A stretch of 32,000 nt of DNA from Gemmata obscuriglobus (GCF_008065095.1 NZ_CP042911.1:6540001-6572000), one strand, 5' to 3'. Positions 18,733 to 26,901 are shown, counted from the first letter of the stretch. Notes: a model not told the origin generated them from the letters alone. Numbers and translations are program-made.

Positions 18733-19566
18733 ATGCGCCACCTTGCGTTCGTTCTCGTTCTCACTCTCGTAACGGGCGCGCCGGCGCGCGGCGCAGACCC
18801 GAAGCCGTTCCCGGGGGCGCCGACAAAGTGGCAGGGGTTCGCCCGCCACGACTTCAAGGTCGGCGCTCTGGACGCGACGGTGGTCACACCGGAGAAACCG
18901 CTCCCGGGGCGCCCGTGGGTGTGGCGCGGCGAGTTCTTCGGCGCGTTCGCCGACGCCGACGCGGCGCTCGTGAAGGCCGGGTGGCACCTGGCGTACCTGA
19001 AGGTGCCCGACCTGTTCGGCGCGCCGAAGGCGGTTAAGCACTGGGAAACGTTTCACGAGGCGCTGGTGAAGGAGTACGGACTGCACCCGAAGCCCGGGCT
19101 CATCGGGCTGTCGCGGGGCGGGCTGTACTGCATGAACTGGGCGGCCACACACCCGGACAAGACCCTGGCGGTGTACCTGGACAACGCGGTGTGCGACTTC
19201 AAGAGCTGGCCCGGCGGCAAACTGAAGAGGTTCGGAGCGTCACCCGGGTCGGAAGCCGAGTGGAAAAAGATGCTGGCGGCCTACGGCTTCAAGACCGACG
19301 ACGAGGCGCTGAAGTACAAGCTGAACCCGGTGGACAACTTGGCCCCGCTGGCGAAGGCCAAAATCCCGCTGCTCCTGGTGTACGGAGACAAGGACGCCGT
19401 GGTGCCGCACGTCGAGAACTCGGAACTGGTGTACGACCGGTACAAGGCGCTCGGCGGGCCGGTCGAGCGGGTCGTGAAACCGGGCCAGGACCACCACCCG
19501 CACGGGCTGAAAGACGTGTCACCGGTCGTGAAATTTTTCACAGAGGCGTTGGCCGCTCAGAAGTGA
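18733..19566 (+). CDS. Secreted alpha/beta hydrolase
   Basis: ATG at 18733 with signal peptide MRHLAFVLVLTLVTGAPARGA. Elbow-like GLSRGG. LLVYGDKDAVVP and a late His (DHHPHG) are consistent with a Ser-Asp-His fold. Confidence 0.75.
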   Translation: MRHLAFVLVLTLVTGAPARGADPKPFPGAPTKWQGFARHDFKVGALDATVVTPEKPLPGRPWVWRGEFFGAFADADAALVKAGWHLAYLKVPDLFGAPKAVKHWETFHEALVKEYGLHPKPGLIGLSRGGLYCMNWAATHPDKTLAVYLDNAVCDFKSWPGGKLKRFGASPGSEAEWKKMLAAYGFKTDDEALKYKLNPVDNLAPLAKAKIPLLLVYGDKDAVVPHVENSELVYDRYKALGGPVERVVKPGQDHHPHGLKDVSPVVKFFTEALAAQK

Positions 19567-19805
19567 CGGGGGCGTGGTTTTGAGGCCGCGCCCGGGAACT
19601 GAGGCTGATGTTCGAGAACGGGAGGTTCGACCGGTCTTTCGGGTACGCAGGGTGCGCGGCACTCGTACCCGAACGACACAGCGCGACGCACGGTGACCAC
19701 GTGGGTCCATTTCTCGACGGCATTCTTTCAGGGAGGGAGAACGGGGAGCGGCTGTCTGTTGCCCTGCGAGCGTAGAATTGGTCACCCGAACGAAAGGTGA
19801 CGACC

Positions 19806-20828
19806 ATGTCTCGGTTCTGGCAGCACTTTGTTACGAACGGCGGCGAGGACGCGGGCGCGCCGGAGCGGCCCAAGGGCGAACCGGCCCCCGAGCCCGAGGA
19901 CGTGCTCGATGCGTTCTCGCGGGCCGTTGTGGGCGTCGCGGACAAGCTACGCCCGGCGGTGGTGAACCTGCGCGTCGGCCGCGGCGAGCGGGGCGGCAGC
20001 GGGTCCGGCGTGCTGTTCGCGCCGGACGGGTTCCTCCTCACCAACCACCACGTCGTTCAGGGGCACGACAAGGTGCGGGTGCGGCTCAGCGACGGGACCG
20101 AAATGGCCGGGCGGGTGGTCGGCAACGACCCGTGGACCGACCTCGCCGTGGTACAGGCCGAGGGCACGGCGCTGCCATTCGCGCAACTGGGCGATTCGGC
20201 CCGGATCAAGGTCGGACAGCTCGCAGTGGCGATCGGCAGCCCGCTCGGGTTCGAGTCCACCGTCACCGCGGGCGTGATTTCCGCGCTCGGCCGCACGCTC
20301 CGGAGCGTGTCGGGGCACCTGGTCGATAACGTCATCCAAACCGACGCGGCGCTGAACCCCGGCAACAGCGGCGGGCCGCTCGTCGATTCGCACGGGCGGG
20401 TGATCGGGATCAACACCGCGGTGATCCAGCCGGCGCAAGGCATCTGCTTCGCGGTGCCGGTCAACACCGCGAAAACGATCCTCCCGCAGTTGCTGAAGCA
20501 CGGGCGGGTGATCCGCGGGTACCTCGGGCTGCACGCCCGGCAGGTGCCGGTCGCGCCGGAACTGCGCACGAAGTTCGGCCTGGAGCAGAAGAGCGGCGTC
20601 GAGATCCTGATGCTCGAAGAGGACGGCCCGGCCCAGAACGCGGGGCTGTGGATCGACGACATCATCATCGGGTTCGGCGACCGGCCCGTCGCGAGCGTGG
20701 ACGACCTGCACCGGGCGCTGACCCAGTTGCCGGTCGGGATGCCCGCGAAGGTGGCGGTGCTGCGCGAGGGGCGGCGGCTCGAGCGCACGGCCGTGCCGGG
20801 CGAGTACCCCACCCCGGTGCGCGGGTAA
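19806..20828 (+). CDS. HtrA/DegP-like S1C serine protease with one PDZ domain; no obvious signal peptide
   Basis: Catalytic-triad contexts TNHHVV, TDLAVV, GNSGGPL. PDZ-like GVEILMLEEDGPAQNAGLWIDDIIIGFGD. The N-terminal 50 aa are hydrophilic. ATG at 19806 lies 8 nt after AAAGG; an alternative GTG is at 19797. Confidence 0.88.
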   Translation: MSRFWQHFVTNGGEDAGAPERPKGEPAPEPEDVLDAFSRAVVGVADKLRPAVVNLRVGRGERGGSGSGVLFAPDGFLLTNHHVVQGHDKVRVRLSDGTEMAGRVVGNDPWTDLAVVQAEGTALPFAQLGDSARIKVGQLAVAIGSPLGFESTVTAGVISALGRTLRSVSGHLVDNVIQTDAALNPGNSGGPLVDSHGRVIGINTAVIQPAQGICFAVPVNTAKTILPQLLKHGRVIRGYLGLHARQVPVAPELRTKFGLEQKSGVEILMLEEDGPAQNAGLWIDDIIIGFGDRPVASVDDLHRALTQLPVGMPAKVAVLREGRRLERTAVPGEYPTPVRG

Positions 20829-20833
20829 CCGCC

Positions 20834-20866
20834 GGGGCGGCACGAAACGTCGATCGACGCCGCCCC
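20834..20866 (+). terminator. Candidate terminator hairpin after the HtrA-like gene
   Basis: Perfect 8-bp stem GGGGCGGC / GCCGCCCC. The 17-nt loop itself contains the palindrome GTCGATCGAC. It starts 6 nt after the stop. No T-tract. Confidence 0.3.
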
Positions 20867-20927
20867 GCGCGGGCGGCTACAATTGCGGCCCGCGACGGGG
20901 CGATCCCGAAACTCTTTGAGAGGCCCG

Positions 20928-22196
20928 ATGTCCGACCGCGCCGCCCTCCTGAGCGCGATCTGTGCCCAGCCCGAAGAGGACACCCCGCGGCTCGCGTTCG
21001 CGGACTGGCTCGACGAGCACGCGGGCACGTTCCCGATCCCGGCCGACGCCCACGCCCGGGCGCGATTTATTCGCGACGACATCGGGATGTCCGCGCGCCC
21101 CGAGTGCGACCCGGAGCGCCTCCGGTGGGAGCTGATCGAGAAGCCGCGGCGCGAGCAGGAGCCTTGGATCCGCGTGACCCACACGCCGGAGGTGCTGACC
21201 CCGGAGCGCGCCGGCGGGGTGCTGAAGCGCGGGTTCCCGTGGTGGGTCCGGCTGCGCCCGAGCGAGCTTCTGGCCAACGCGGACCGGGTGCTGCCGCAGG
21301 TGCCCGGTGGCGTGCTCACGTTCGCCAACCCGGACGCGCACTGGGCGGCCCTCGCACGCTCGCCACACCTGGGCCGGCTCGCGGGCCTGCACATCCGCCA
21401 GACGCAACTGAGCCCGGCCGCTCTTCAGTTGCTGGTGGAGTCCCCGCACGCGGTCGGGATCGGGTGGTTCAGCGCCGGGAGCGACGGGCTAACGAGCGCG
21501 GCGCTCCCGGTTCTCACCCGGTCCGAGTTCCTGGCGCGGCTCACGCGCCTCGACCTGGACGGCCGGCAGTGGGCCGGGGGCGCGTTCGTCAACAGTTTCG
21601 CCCAGGTCGCGCACCCGGTGCGGCTCCGCGAGCTGGGGCTCGCCGAGTCCGGGCTGTCCGGGGCGCACCTTCAGCGGTTGCTCACCTCGTTCGCGGCGGA
21701 GGGGCTGGAGCGGCTCGCGCTGGCCGTCAACCCGATCGGGCGGGCGGGGCACGAGGCCGTCGCCCTGCTGCCCCTCGACCGGTTGCGCAAGTTGGACCTG
21801 AGCGAGACGGCGCCCGGCGCGGAAGGGCTCCGGTGGCTCTCGACCTCGCTGACGCTCAGCCGGCTGGAGCGGCTGGGGTACCGGCGGAACCACGTGAGTT
21901 CGGCGTTGGCGGCGGAACTGGCGGCGTGCCACGAGGTGAGTAACCTGCGGGTGCTGGACCTCGCGTATAACCCAATCGGCAACGCCGGTTCGGCCGCGCT
22001 GTTCCGGTCGCCGCATTTCGCCGGACTGCTGTACCTGAACCTGTCGTACTGCATGGTCGGCGACGAGGGCGTCCGCGCGCTGCTCGAATCCCCGCTGCTC
22101 GGGACGCTCGTGCTGCTGGACCTGACCGGTTCGCCGGCGTCGGCCGAGGTGCTGGAACGGCTCAAAGAGAAGATGGGCGACCGGGTGCGGATCTGA
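20928..22196 (+). CDS. TIGR02996 domain plus leucine-rich-repeat protein (paralog 3)
   Basis: MSDRAALLSAICAQPEEDTPRLAFADWLDEH. KRGFPWW. LRRs (LRKLDLSETAPG, LRVLDLAYNPIGNAG, LLYLNLSYCMVGDEG). Tail LKEKMGDRVRI. Confidence 0.88.
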   Translation: MSDRAALLSAICAQPEEDTPRLAFADWLDEHAGTFPIPADAHARARFIRDDIGMSARPECDPERLRWELIEKPRREQEPWIRVTHTPEVLTPERAGGVLKRGFPWWVRLRPSELLANADRVLPQVPGGVLTFANPDAHWAALARSPHLGRLAGLHIRQTQLSPAALQLLVESPHAVGIGWFSAGSDGLTSAALPVLTRSEFLARLTRLDLDGRQWAGGAFVNSFAQVAHPVRLRELGLAESGLSGAHLQRLLTSFAAEGLERLALAVNPIGRAGHEAVALLPLDRLRKLDLSETAPGAEGLRWLSTSLTLSRLERLGYRRNHVSSALAAELAACHEVSNLRVLDLAYNPIGNAGSAALFRSPHFAGLLYLNLSYCMVGDEGVRALLESPLLGTLVLLDLTGSPASAEVLERLKEKMGDRVRI

Positions 22197-22218
22197 CCCA
22201 CGGACATAAGATGCCGCC

Positions 22219-23478
22219 ATGTCTGACCGCGACGCACTCCTGAGCGCGATCTGCGCGCAGCCCGACGAGGACACGCCGCGGCTCGTCTTCGCCGATTACC
22301 TCGAAGAGCACGACGAGGCGGCCCGCGCGGCGTTCATCCGGGATCAGATCCGGCTGGCGCAGACGCCGCCGTGGGAGCCGTTCGCGGTGCGGTGCCGGTG
22401 GCACGCCCCGCACGTCGTGAGCGGCGCCCCGTTCCGCAGCACCCTCCCGAAGCTCGAAGGGTCGGCGCTGGCATGGGGGGACATGCCGTTCCGCCGCGGG
22501 TTCGGGTGGTCCGTCCGGGTACACATGCCGGCTCTCTGGGACACGCTCGTGGAGCCCCTGTTCGACCGGCAGCCGATCGGTCGGCTCATGTTCTGGCCCA
22601 CGACCCTCGACGACTGGCGCCGGATCGCGGCGTCGGAATGCGTGACGCGGTTCCGCGAGGTCGCGTTCGCCACCAGCCCTATCGAGCCCCTGTTCGCGCT
22701 CCGCGACCGGCCCGCCGCGGCCGGGATCACGGACCTGTACTTCGCCCGGGCGAGCGGGGCCGGGATGCCGGAGGTGATCGAAGACCTGTTCCGCTCGCCG
22801 CTGGGGCACACGGCCCGCGGGCTCCATTTCCACACCGGGTACGAGTCCCTCAGCGCGCTTGTGGACGCGCTCAACACCGGCGGGCCGCTGGCCCGGCTGT
22901 CGTTCTCGAACATGGGCATCACCGCGGAGCACCTGCGGCGGTTGTTCGCCGGGCCGGTCGCGTCAGAACTGGATGGGTTGCACTTCACCAACGAGCCGCT
23001 CGGCGGGGACGGGCTGAAAGTGCTGGCGGAGCGGCTCCCGGGCGCGGTGCGCGAGCTCACGCTAACGGGCTTCGGGGCGCGTGAGGGGCTGGAAGCGTTC
23101 GCCCGCAGTGACCGGTTGGCGGGCGTGAAACGGCTCGACCTGAGCGGAAACCGGCTCAGCCCGCGGTCGAGCCGGCTGCTGTCGCTGTCGCACGCGCTGC
23201 CGGCCTTGCGCGCGATCAACCTCAACTCGTGCCATCTGCTGGATAAGGGGGTGCGGCACGTCACGCAGGCGCGATGGTGGCACGGGTTGGTGGAGGCGGA
23301 TTTGCGGAACAACACGCTCTCACCCGCCGGGGTGAGGCACTTGCTGAACGCCCCGGTCCCGCCGGACCTTACGGCCCTCGTCCTCGACCGCGACGGCCTA
23401 GGGGCCGAGAGCCGGGCGGCACTTCAGAAGAAGTTCGGCGCGGCGGCCGTGTTCACGGCCGGCGAGGTGCCCTGGTAG
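22219..23478 (+). CDS. TIGR02996 domain plus leucine-rich-repeat protein (paralog 4)
   Basis: MSDRDALLSAICAQPDEDTPRLVFADYLEEH. FRRGFGW. LRRs (VKRLDLSGNRLS, LRAINLNSCHLLDKG, EADLRNNTLSPAG). Divergent tail LQKKFGAAAVFTAGEVPW. It starts 22 nt after paralog 3. Confidence 0.88.
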   Translation: MSDRDALLSAICAQPDEDTPRLVFADYLEEHDEAARAAFIRDQIRLAQTPPWEPFAVRCRWHAPHVVSGAPFRSTLPKLEGSALAWGDMPFRRGFGWSVRVHMPALWDTLVEPLFDRQPIGRLMFWPTTLDDWRRIAASECVTRFREVAFATSPIEPLFALRDRPAAAGITDLYFARASGAGMPEVIEDLFRSPLGHTARGLHFHTGYESLSALVDALNTGGPLARLSFSNMGITAEHLRRLFAGPVASELDGLHFTNEPLGGDGLKVLAERLPGAVRELTLTGFGAREGLEAFARSDRLAGVKRLDLSGNRLSPRSSRLLSLSHALPALRAINLNSCHLLDKGVRHVTQARWWHGLVEADLRNNTLSPAGVRHLLNAPVPPDLTALVLDRDGLGAESRAALQKKFGAAAVFTAGEVPW

Positions 23479-23535
23479 GCCGCGTTACGCGGAGCCGCCG
23501 TTGACGCGGCCCGGCCCGCCCGCGAGCATAACGGT

Positions 23536-23937
23536 ATGGGCATGAGCATGAAGAAGTTCGCCGCCGTGGTGCGCCGCGCGATCGAGTCCCTGCCGGAGGA
23601 GATCAAGCGGCACCTCGATAACGTCGTCGTGGACGTGGAAGACGATCCGTCCGACGAGTTCCTCCGCGAGGCGGGGTTCACCGACGAGGAGATCGAGGCG
23701 GGCGACTCGCTGTACGGCTACTTCATGCCGCTGGAAGGGGCCAGCGCCAGCGAGATGCTGGAGAACCCGAACCGCATCATCATCTTCCGCAACCCGCTCG
23801 AAGACGACTTCCCCGACCCGCGCGAGTTGGAAATCGAGATCCGCAAAACGGTGGTCCACGAGATCGCGCACCACTTCGGCTGGTCCGACCGCGACCTGGA
23901 GCGGTTCGACGACAACCCCGACCCGTTCGGCGGATGA
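23536..23937 (+). CDS. Small zincin-like metallopeptidase family protein (DUF1025/Zincin_1-like)
   Basis: HExxH in TVVHEIAHHFGWSD. Acidic N-terminal half with NVVVDVEDDP. Three possible ATG starts (23536, 23542, 23548). Confidence 0.75.
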   Translation: MGMSMKKFAAVVRRAIESLPEEIKRHLDNVVVDVEDDPSDEFLREAGFTDEEIEAGDSLYGYFMPLEGASASEMLENPNRIIIFRNPLEDDFPDPRELEIEIRKTVVHEIAHHFGWSDRDLERFDDNPDPFGG

Positions 23938-24009
23938 CCGGTCCGGTTCGGCCTTGACCGTCTTGCTTCGATACGACTAAATTCTGGTCCCAGCTTCCAC
24001 GGAGGGACC

Positions 24010-24822
24010 ATGCGCGTGCGAATCCTGCTCATATCGATCGCCCTGGCAATCGCACCCGGAGCCGCACTTGCTCAGGAGAAGTACCCGACCATCGTGTTCC
24101 CGGTCGCCCCGCGACCGGCCCCCCCGCCGCAGATTGAGCCGCCGGCAGCGCCCGTGCCTCCGCCGCAGACTGAAAAGTCGATTGACGACCTGCTCACCGA
24201 ACTCGAACGGCTCCGCGTCCAGCAGACCGAACTGGCGAAGCGCGAAAAGGAGCTGACCGAGGCGCTCCGCAAGAAGCTCCAACAACAAACCGAGCGGATG
24301 CAGAAGCTCGGCGTCGCTCCGAAAGCCGCCGAGCCGGACCGCGTGGGGCGCATTCTCATCGAAGGAAACACCAGCACGCCCGATAAGGTCATCCTGGGTC
24401 ATTTGTCACTCGTGCCGGGGGACGTGCTCCACTACCGGTTACTGGAACAGATCCGGGCCAAGCTCCAAAAGGCCGGGTTCCAAAACGTTACGGTCGAGGT
24501 GGAACCCTGTATTCTGGATTCGAAGTTGAAGGACCTTCACATCCGGGTGAGTGAGCCGCAGCCGGTGCCGTTCACCGGACCGGAACTTCCCCGGCCGTCG
24601 CCCGCGGCAGGGCCTTTCCTTGATTCACTCTACGTAACTCCGATAAGTCCCTTGGCCATTGCCGGGTCCATCTGGAGCCGCTCGATCGCCTCCGGGCAAC
24701 TCACCGCCTTGACCTCACGCCACAGGTGCACCACGGCGTTCCGCAGCGCCGCCAGCACCTGTGGTGCGTGCCCCATGCGCACACGACACGCGTCCTCGCC
24801 CAGTGTCACGTCACGCACGTAA
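24010..24822 (+). CDS. Secreted coiled-coil plus POTRA-like domain protein, with its C-terminus replaced by read-through into an ISAs1 element
   Basis: GGAGGG lies 4 nt before the ATG. Signal peptide MRVRILLISIALAIAPGAALA. Pro-rich linker. Heptad-like SIDDLLTELERLRVQQTELAKREKELTEALRKKLQQQ. POTRA-like VGRILIEGNTSTPDKVILGHLSLVPGDVLHY...AGFQNVTVEV. From 24608 onward the frame is antisense IS sequence. Confidence 0.7.
   Translation: MRVRILLISIALAIAPGAALAQEKYPTIVFPVAPRPAPPPQIEPPAAPVPPPQTEKSIDDLLTELERLRVQQTELAKREKELTEALRKKLQQQTERMQKLGVAPKAAEPDRVGRILIEGNTSTPDKVILGHLSLVPGDVLHYRLLEQIRAKLQKAGFQNVTVEVEPCILDSKLKDLHIRVSEPQPVPFTGPELPRPSPAAGPFLDSLYVTPISPLAIAGSIWSRSIASGQLTALTSRHRCTTAFRSAASTCGACPMRTRHASSPSVTSRT
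24598..24607. repeat. Left copy of the 10-bp target-site duplication TCGCCCGCGG of the ISAs1 element
   Basis: Identical decamer at 24598..24607 and 25858..25867, directly abutting the IS termini. Confidence 0.8.
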
Positions 24823-25857
24823 TGCAGTTCGTTCTCGATGCGCCAGTGCGTCCGCACATGGTTCAGGAGTGTGGCCGCATCCGCCTTCTCGGCCGACAGG
24901 CTCGTGATGCCGAAATGCACTTCGACCGTCGTTTGGCCTCGGACCGTCCGCTCACGCGTCAACTGGAAGCCCTGCTTCACCCCCGCCCACGTCGGCGAGC
25001 ACGTCAGAATCGAGGTCGTTTGCAGCGTCCGCTTCTCGATGCGGCCGTGACCCTTATCGACGGTCGTGGCGATGCGGCTCGGGGCGGGCGGAGGCCGATC
25101 CCCAGGGGGAAGTGGCCGCCGCGATCGATCGGGCGGCGGTCTCGAAGGCGAACCCGGCTCGGATGTCGATCCCCAATCCGGGTTGGTTGTCCTTCACCGT
25201 GAGCACGTAGTCGCCGCCGGCCCCGACCACCTCCTCGGCCAGGTCTCGCTGGCAGAACATGGCGTCGCCGACCACGACCTTCCCTCGCAGCGGCAGAATG
25301 CCGAGGAGCGTCAAGGCGGCCTTGTGCTCGTTGGTGCTCGCATCGACCTTGACCTGGGCGAGTACGGCACCGACGGTGGGGGCGTATGCGGCCAGCAGGT
25401 GCTGACCGGGGATCGCGCCGTTGCGAGAGCCTCGAAGGGTCTTGCCGTCGATGGAGATGTGTGTGAAGGCGGCCGGGTCGACGCGGCTGGCGATCCAGTA
25501 CGAGAGGACGTGCTCCAGTTGGTCGGCGTCGAAGCGTCGCAGGGTGCGGGAGAGCGTGGAAACGGCCGGGGTCTTGCCGCGTCGGAAGCCGAGGGCATGG
25601 GCGAGGGCGGGTCCGTGCTGTCGCCCGAAGCGAGCGATGCCATTGAGGCTGGTGCGCCCCATGAGCATGGCGAGGGCGACGAGTCCGAGGAAGGGGGCGA
25701 GTGGGTGGATAAGGCCGTGCTTGCTGCGGGGATCGGGAACCGCCGCCAGGGCATCGACCAGGGTGCAAGGAGACATGGGTACCTTCCTGGCTGCGAGAAG
25801 GCGCCCCACATAGCCACGTTCCCTCGTGTAAGCAAGGTGAAATAAGGAAAGGCCCTG
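24608..25857 (-). mobile_element. ISAs1-family insertion sequence (1250 bp)
   Basis: Inverted repeats: 24608..24628 is CAGGGCCTTTCCTTGATTCAC and the reverse complement of 25837..25857 is CAGGGCCTTTCCTTATTTCAC (19/21 identical). The CAGGG terminus is typical of ISAs1. It has a 10-bp direct repeat. It encodes an ISAs1/H-repeat-type transposase on the minus strand. Confidence 0.88.
24630..25776 (-). pseudogene. ISAs1-family transposase interrupted by one frameshift
   Basis: N-terminal part (ORF 25054..25809; start likely ATG 25776, MSPCTLVDALAAVPDPRSKHG...ISIDGKTLRGS...VVGDAMFCQRD...DYVLTVKDNQP). The C-terminal part continues in another frame, which I translated by hand upstream of the track ORF 24630..24980: ...TTVDKGHGRIEKRTLQTTSILT...HWRIENELHYVRDVTLGEDACRVR. 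The frame change lies roughly within 25070..25130. By my count, the 85 nt between the FAFE and DKGHGR blocks is not a multiple of 3. Confidence 0.75.
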
Positions 25858-25867
25858 TCGCCCGCGG
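25858..25867. repeat. Right copy of the 10-bp target-site duplication TCGCCCGCGG
   Basis: See 24598..24607. Confidence 0.8.
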
Positions 25868-25947
25868 GCCGCTGACGCCGTTCGGCTTGCACCCCGGATG
25901 CGTCCTGGCTATGCCGCGGCGACCAAGTTCCTGTGCCGGGGTTCGCG

Positions 25948-26901
25948 ATGCCACTGCCGGTGGCCCTCACTCTCGCCGACGTGACCGTGCGCTACGGCGA
26001 GCGGACCGCCCTTGACGGCGTGTCGCTCGACGTGCGGCGCGGCGAAATCGTCGGGCTGCTCGGGCCGAACGGGTCCGGCAAAAGCACCACCCTGGCCGTC
26101 GCCGCGGGCGTTCTCGACCCCGCGGGCGGTGCTGTCAGTATCGAGGGGCGCGCCCGGACCGCCGACCCGGCCGCGTTCGCGCGGCGCGTGGGTCTCGTGC
26201 CGCAAGAGCCCGCGCTGTACGAAGAACTCTCGGCCGCCGAGAACCTGACTTTCTTCGGCCGGCTCTACGGGCTCGCCGGGAGCGACTTGCGGCGCCGCGT
26301 GGCCCGCGCACTCGCCCGCGTCAAGCTCACCGACCGCGCCCGGCAAGGCGTTTCGACCTTCTCGGGCGGGATGAAGCAGCGGTTGAACCTCGCCGCCGCG
26401 CTCCTCCACGACCCGCCGGTGCTGCTGCTCGACGAACCGACCGCCGCGCTCGACCCGGCCAGCCGTGATTCCCTTTTCGCCGATCTGACCCGGCTCCGCG
26501 ACGACGGCCACGCCGTGCTGCTCACGACCCACCACCTGGATGAAGCCGAAGCGGGGTGCGACCGGGCGGCGATACTCGAGGCCGGAAAGTTGGTTGCGAT
26601 CGGGTCCCCGGCGGAGCTGCTCCGTCCGCGCCCCGCGGAGCGGGCGGTGCTGTACGGGCACCTGCGCGCCCGCCCGGCGAAGTACCTTCAGCGGGCGATC
26701 CGGCAGCGGCTCGGTGCCGGCGTCGAACTCGAAATCACCGGGCGCCGGCTGCGCCTCTCGGCCGGGACCGGCGAGCAGCTCGGCGCCGCCCTCGCGACAC
26801 TCTTAGCCGACGGGTTGGAATTGGAAGCGTACCGCACCCCGGCCGGGGCGCTGGAGCGCAGGCTGCGCCCGGAACACACCGCCGCGGGGGACGCCGCGTG
26901 A
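25948..26901 (+). CDS. ABC transporter ATP-binding protein (ABC-2 / DrrA-like exporter type)
   Basis: Walker A GPNGSGKST, Q-loop VPQEP, signature FSGGMKQRL, Walker B VLLLDEPT, H-loop TTHHLDE. ATG at 25948; an alternative GTG is at 25933. Confidence 0.9.
   Translation: MPLPVALTLADVTVRYGERTALDGVSLDVRRGEIVGLLGPNGSGKSTTLAVAAGVLDPAGGAVSIEGRARTADPAAFARRVGLVPQEPALYEELSAAENLTFFGRLYGLAGSDLRRRVARALARVKLTDRARQGVSTFSGGMKQRLNLAAALLHDPPVLLLDEPTAALDPASRDSLFADLTRLRDDGHAVLLTTHHLDEAEAGCDRAAILEAGKLVAIGSPAELLRPRPAERAVLYGHLRARPAKYLQRAIRQRLGAGVELEITGRRLRLSAGTGEQLGAALATLLADGLELEAYRTPAGALERRLRPEHTAAGDAA

Noticed and set aside
23479-23535. Possible sigma70-like promoter (TTGACG ... CATAAC) immediately upstream of the zincin gene.
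   Set aside because: The spacer is about 20 nt by my count, the -10 match is poor, and planctomycete promoter consensus is not well defined. The evidence is too weak to annotate.
24010-24822. BamA/Omp85-like outer-membrane protein gene truncated by the IS, with the beta-barrel part lost.
   Set aside because: The perfect 10-bp target duplication lets the pre-insertion sequence be rebuilt, and the frame stops 2 codons after the insertion point. No barrel-coding sequence was deleted.
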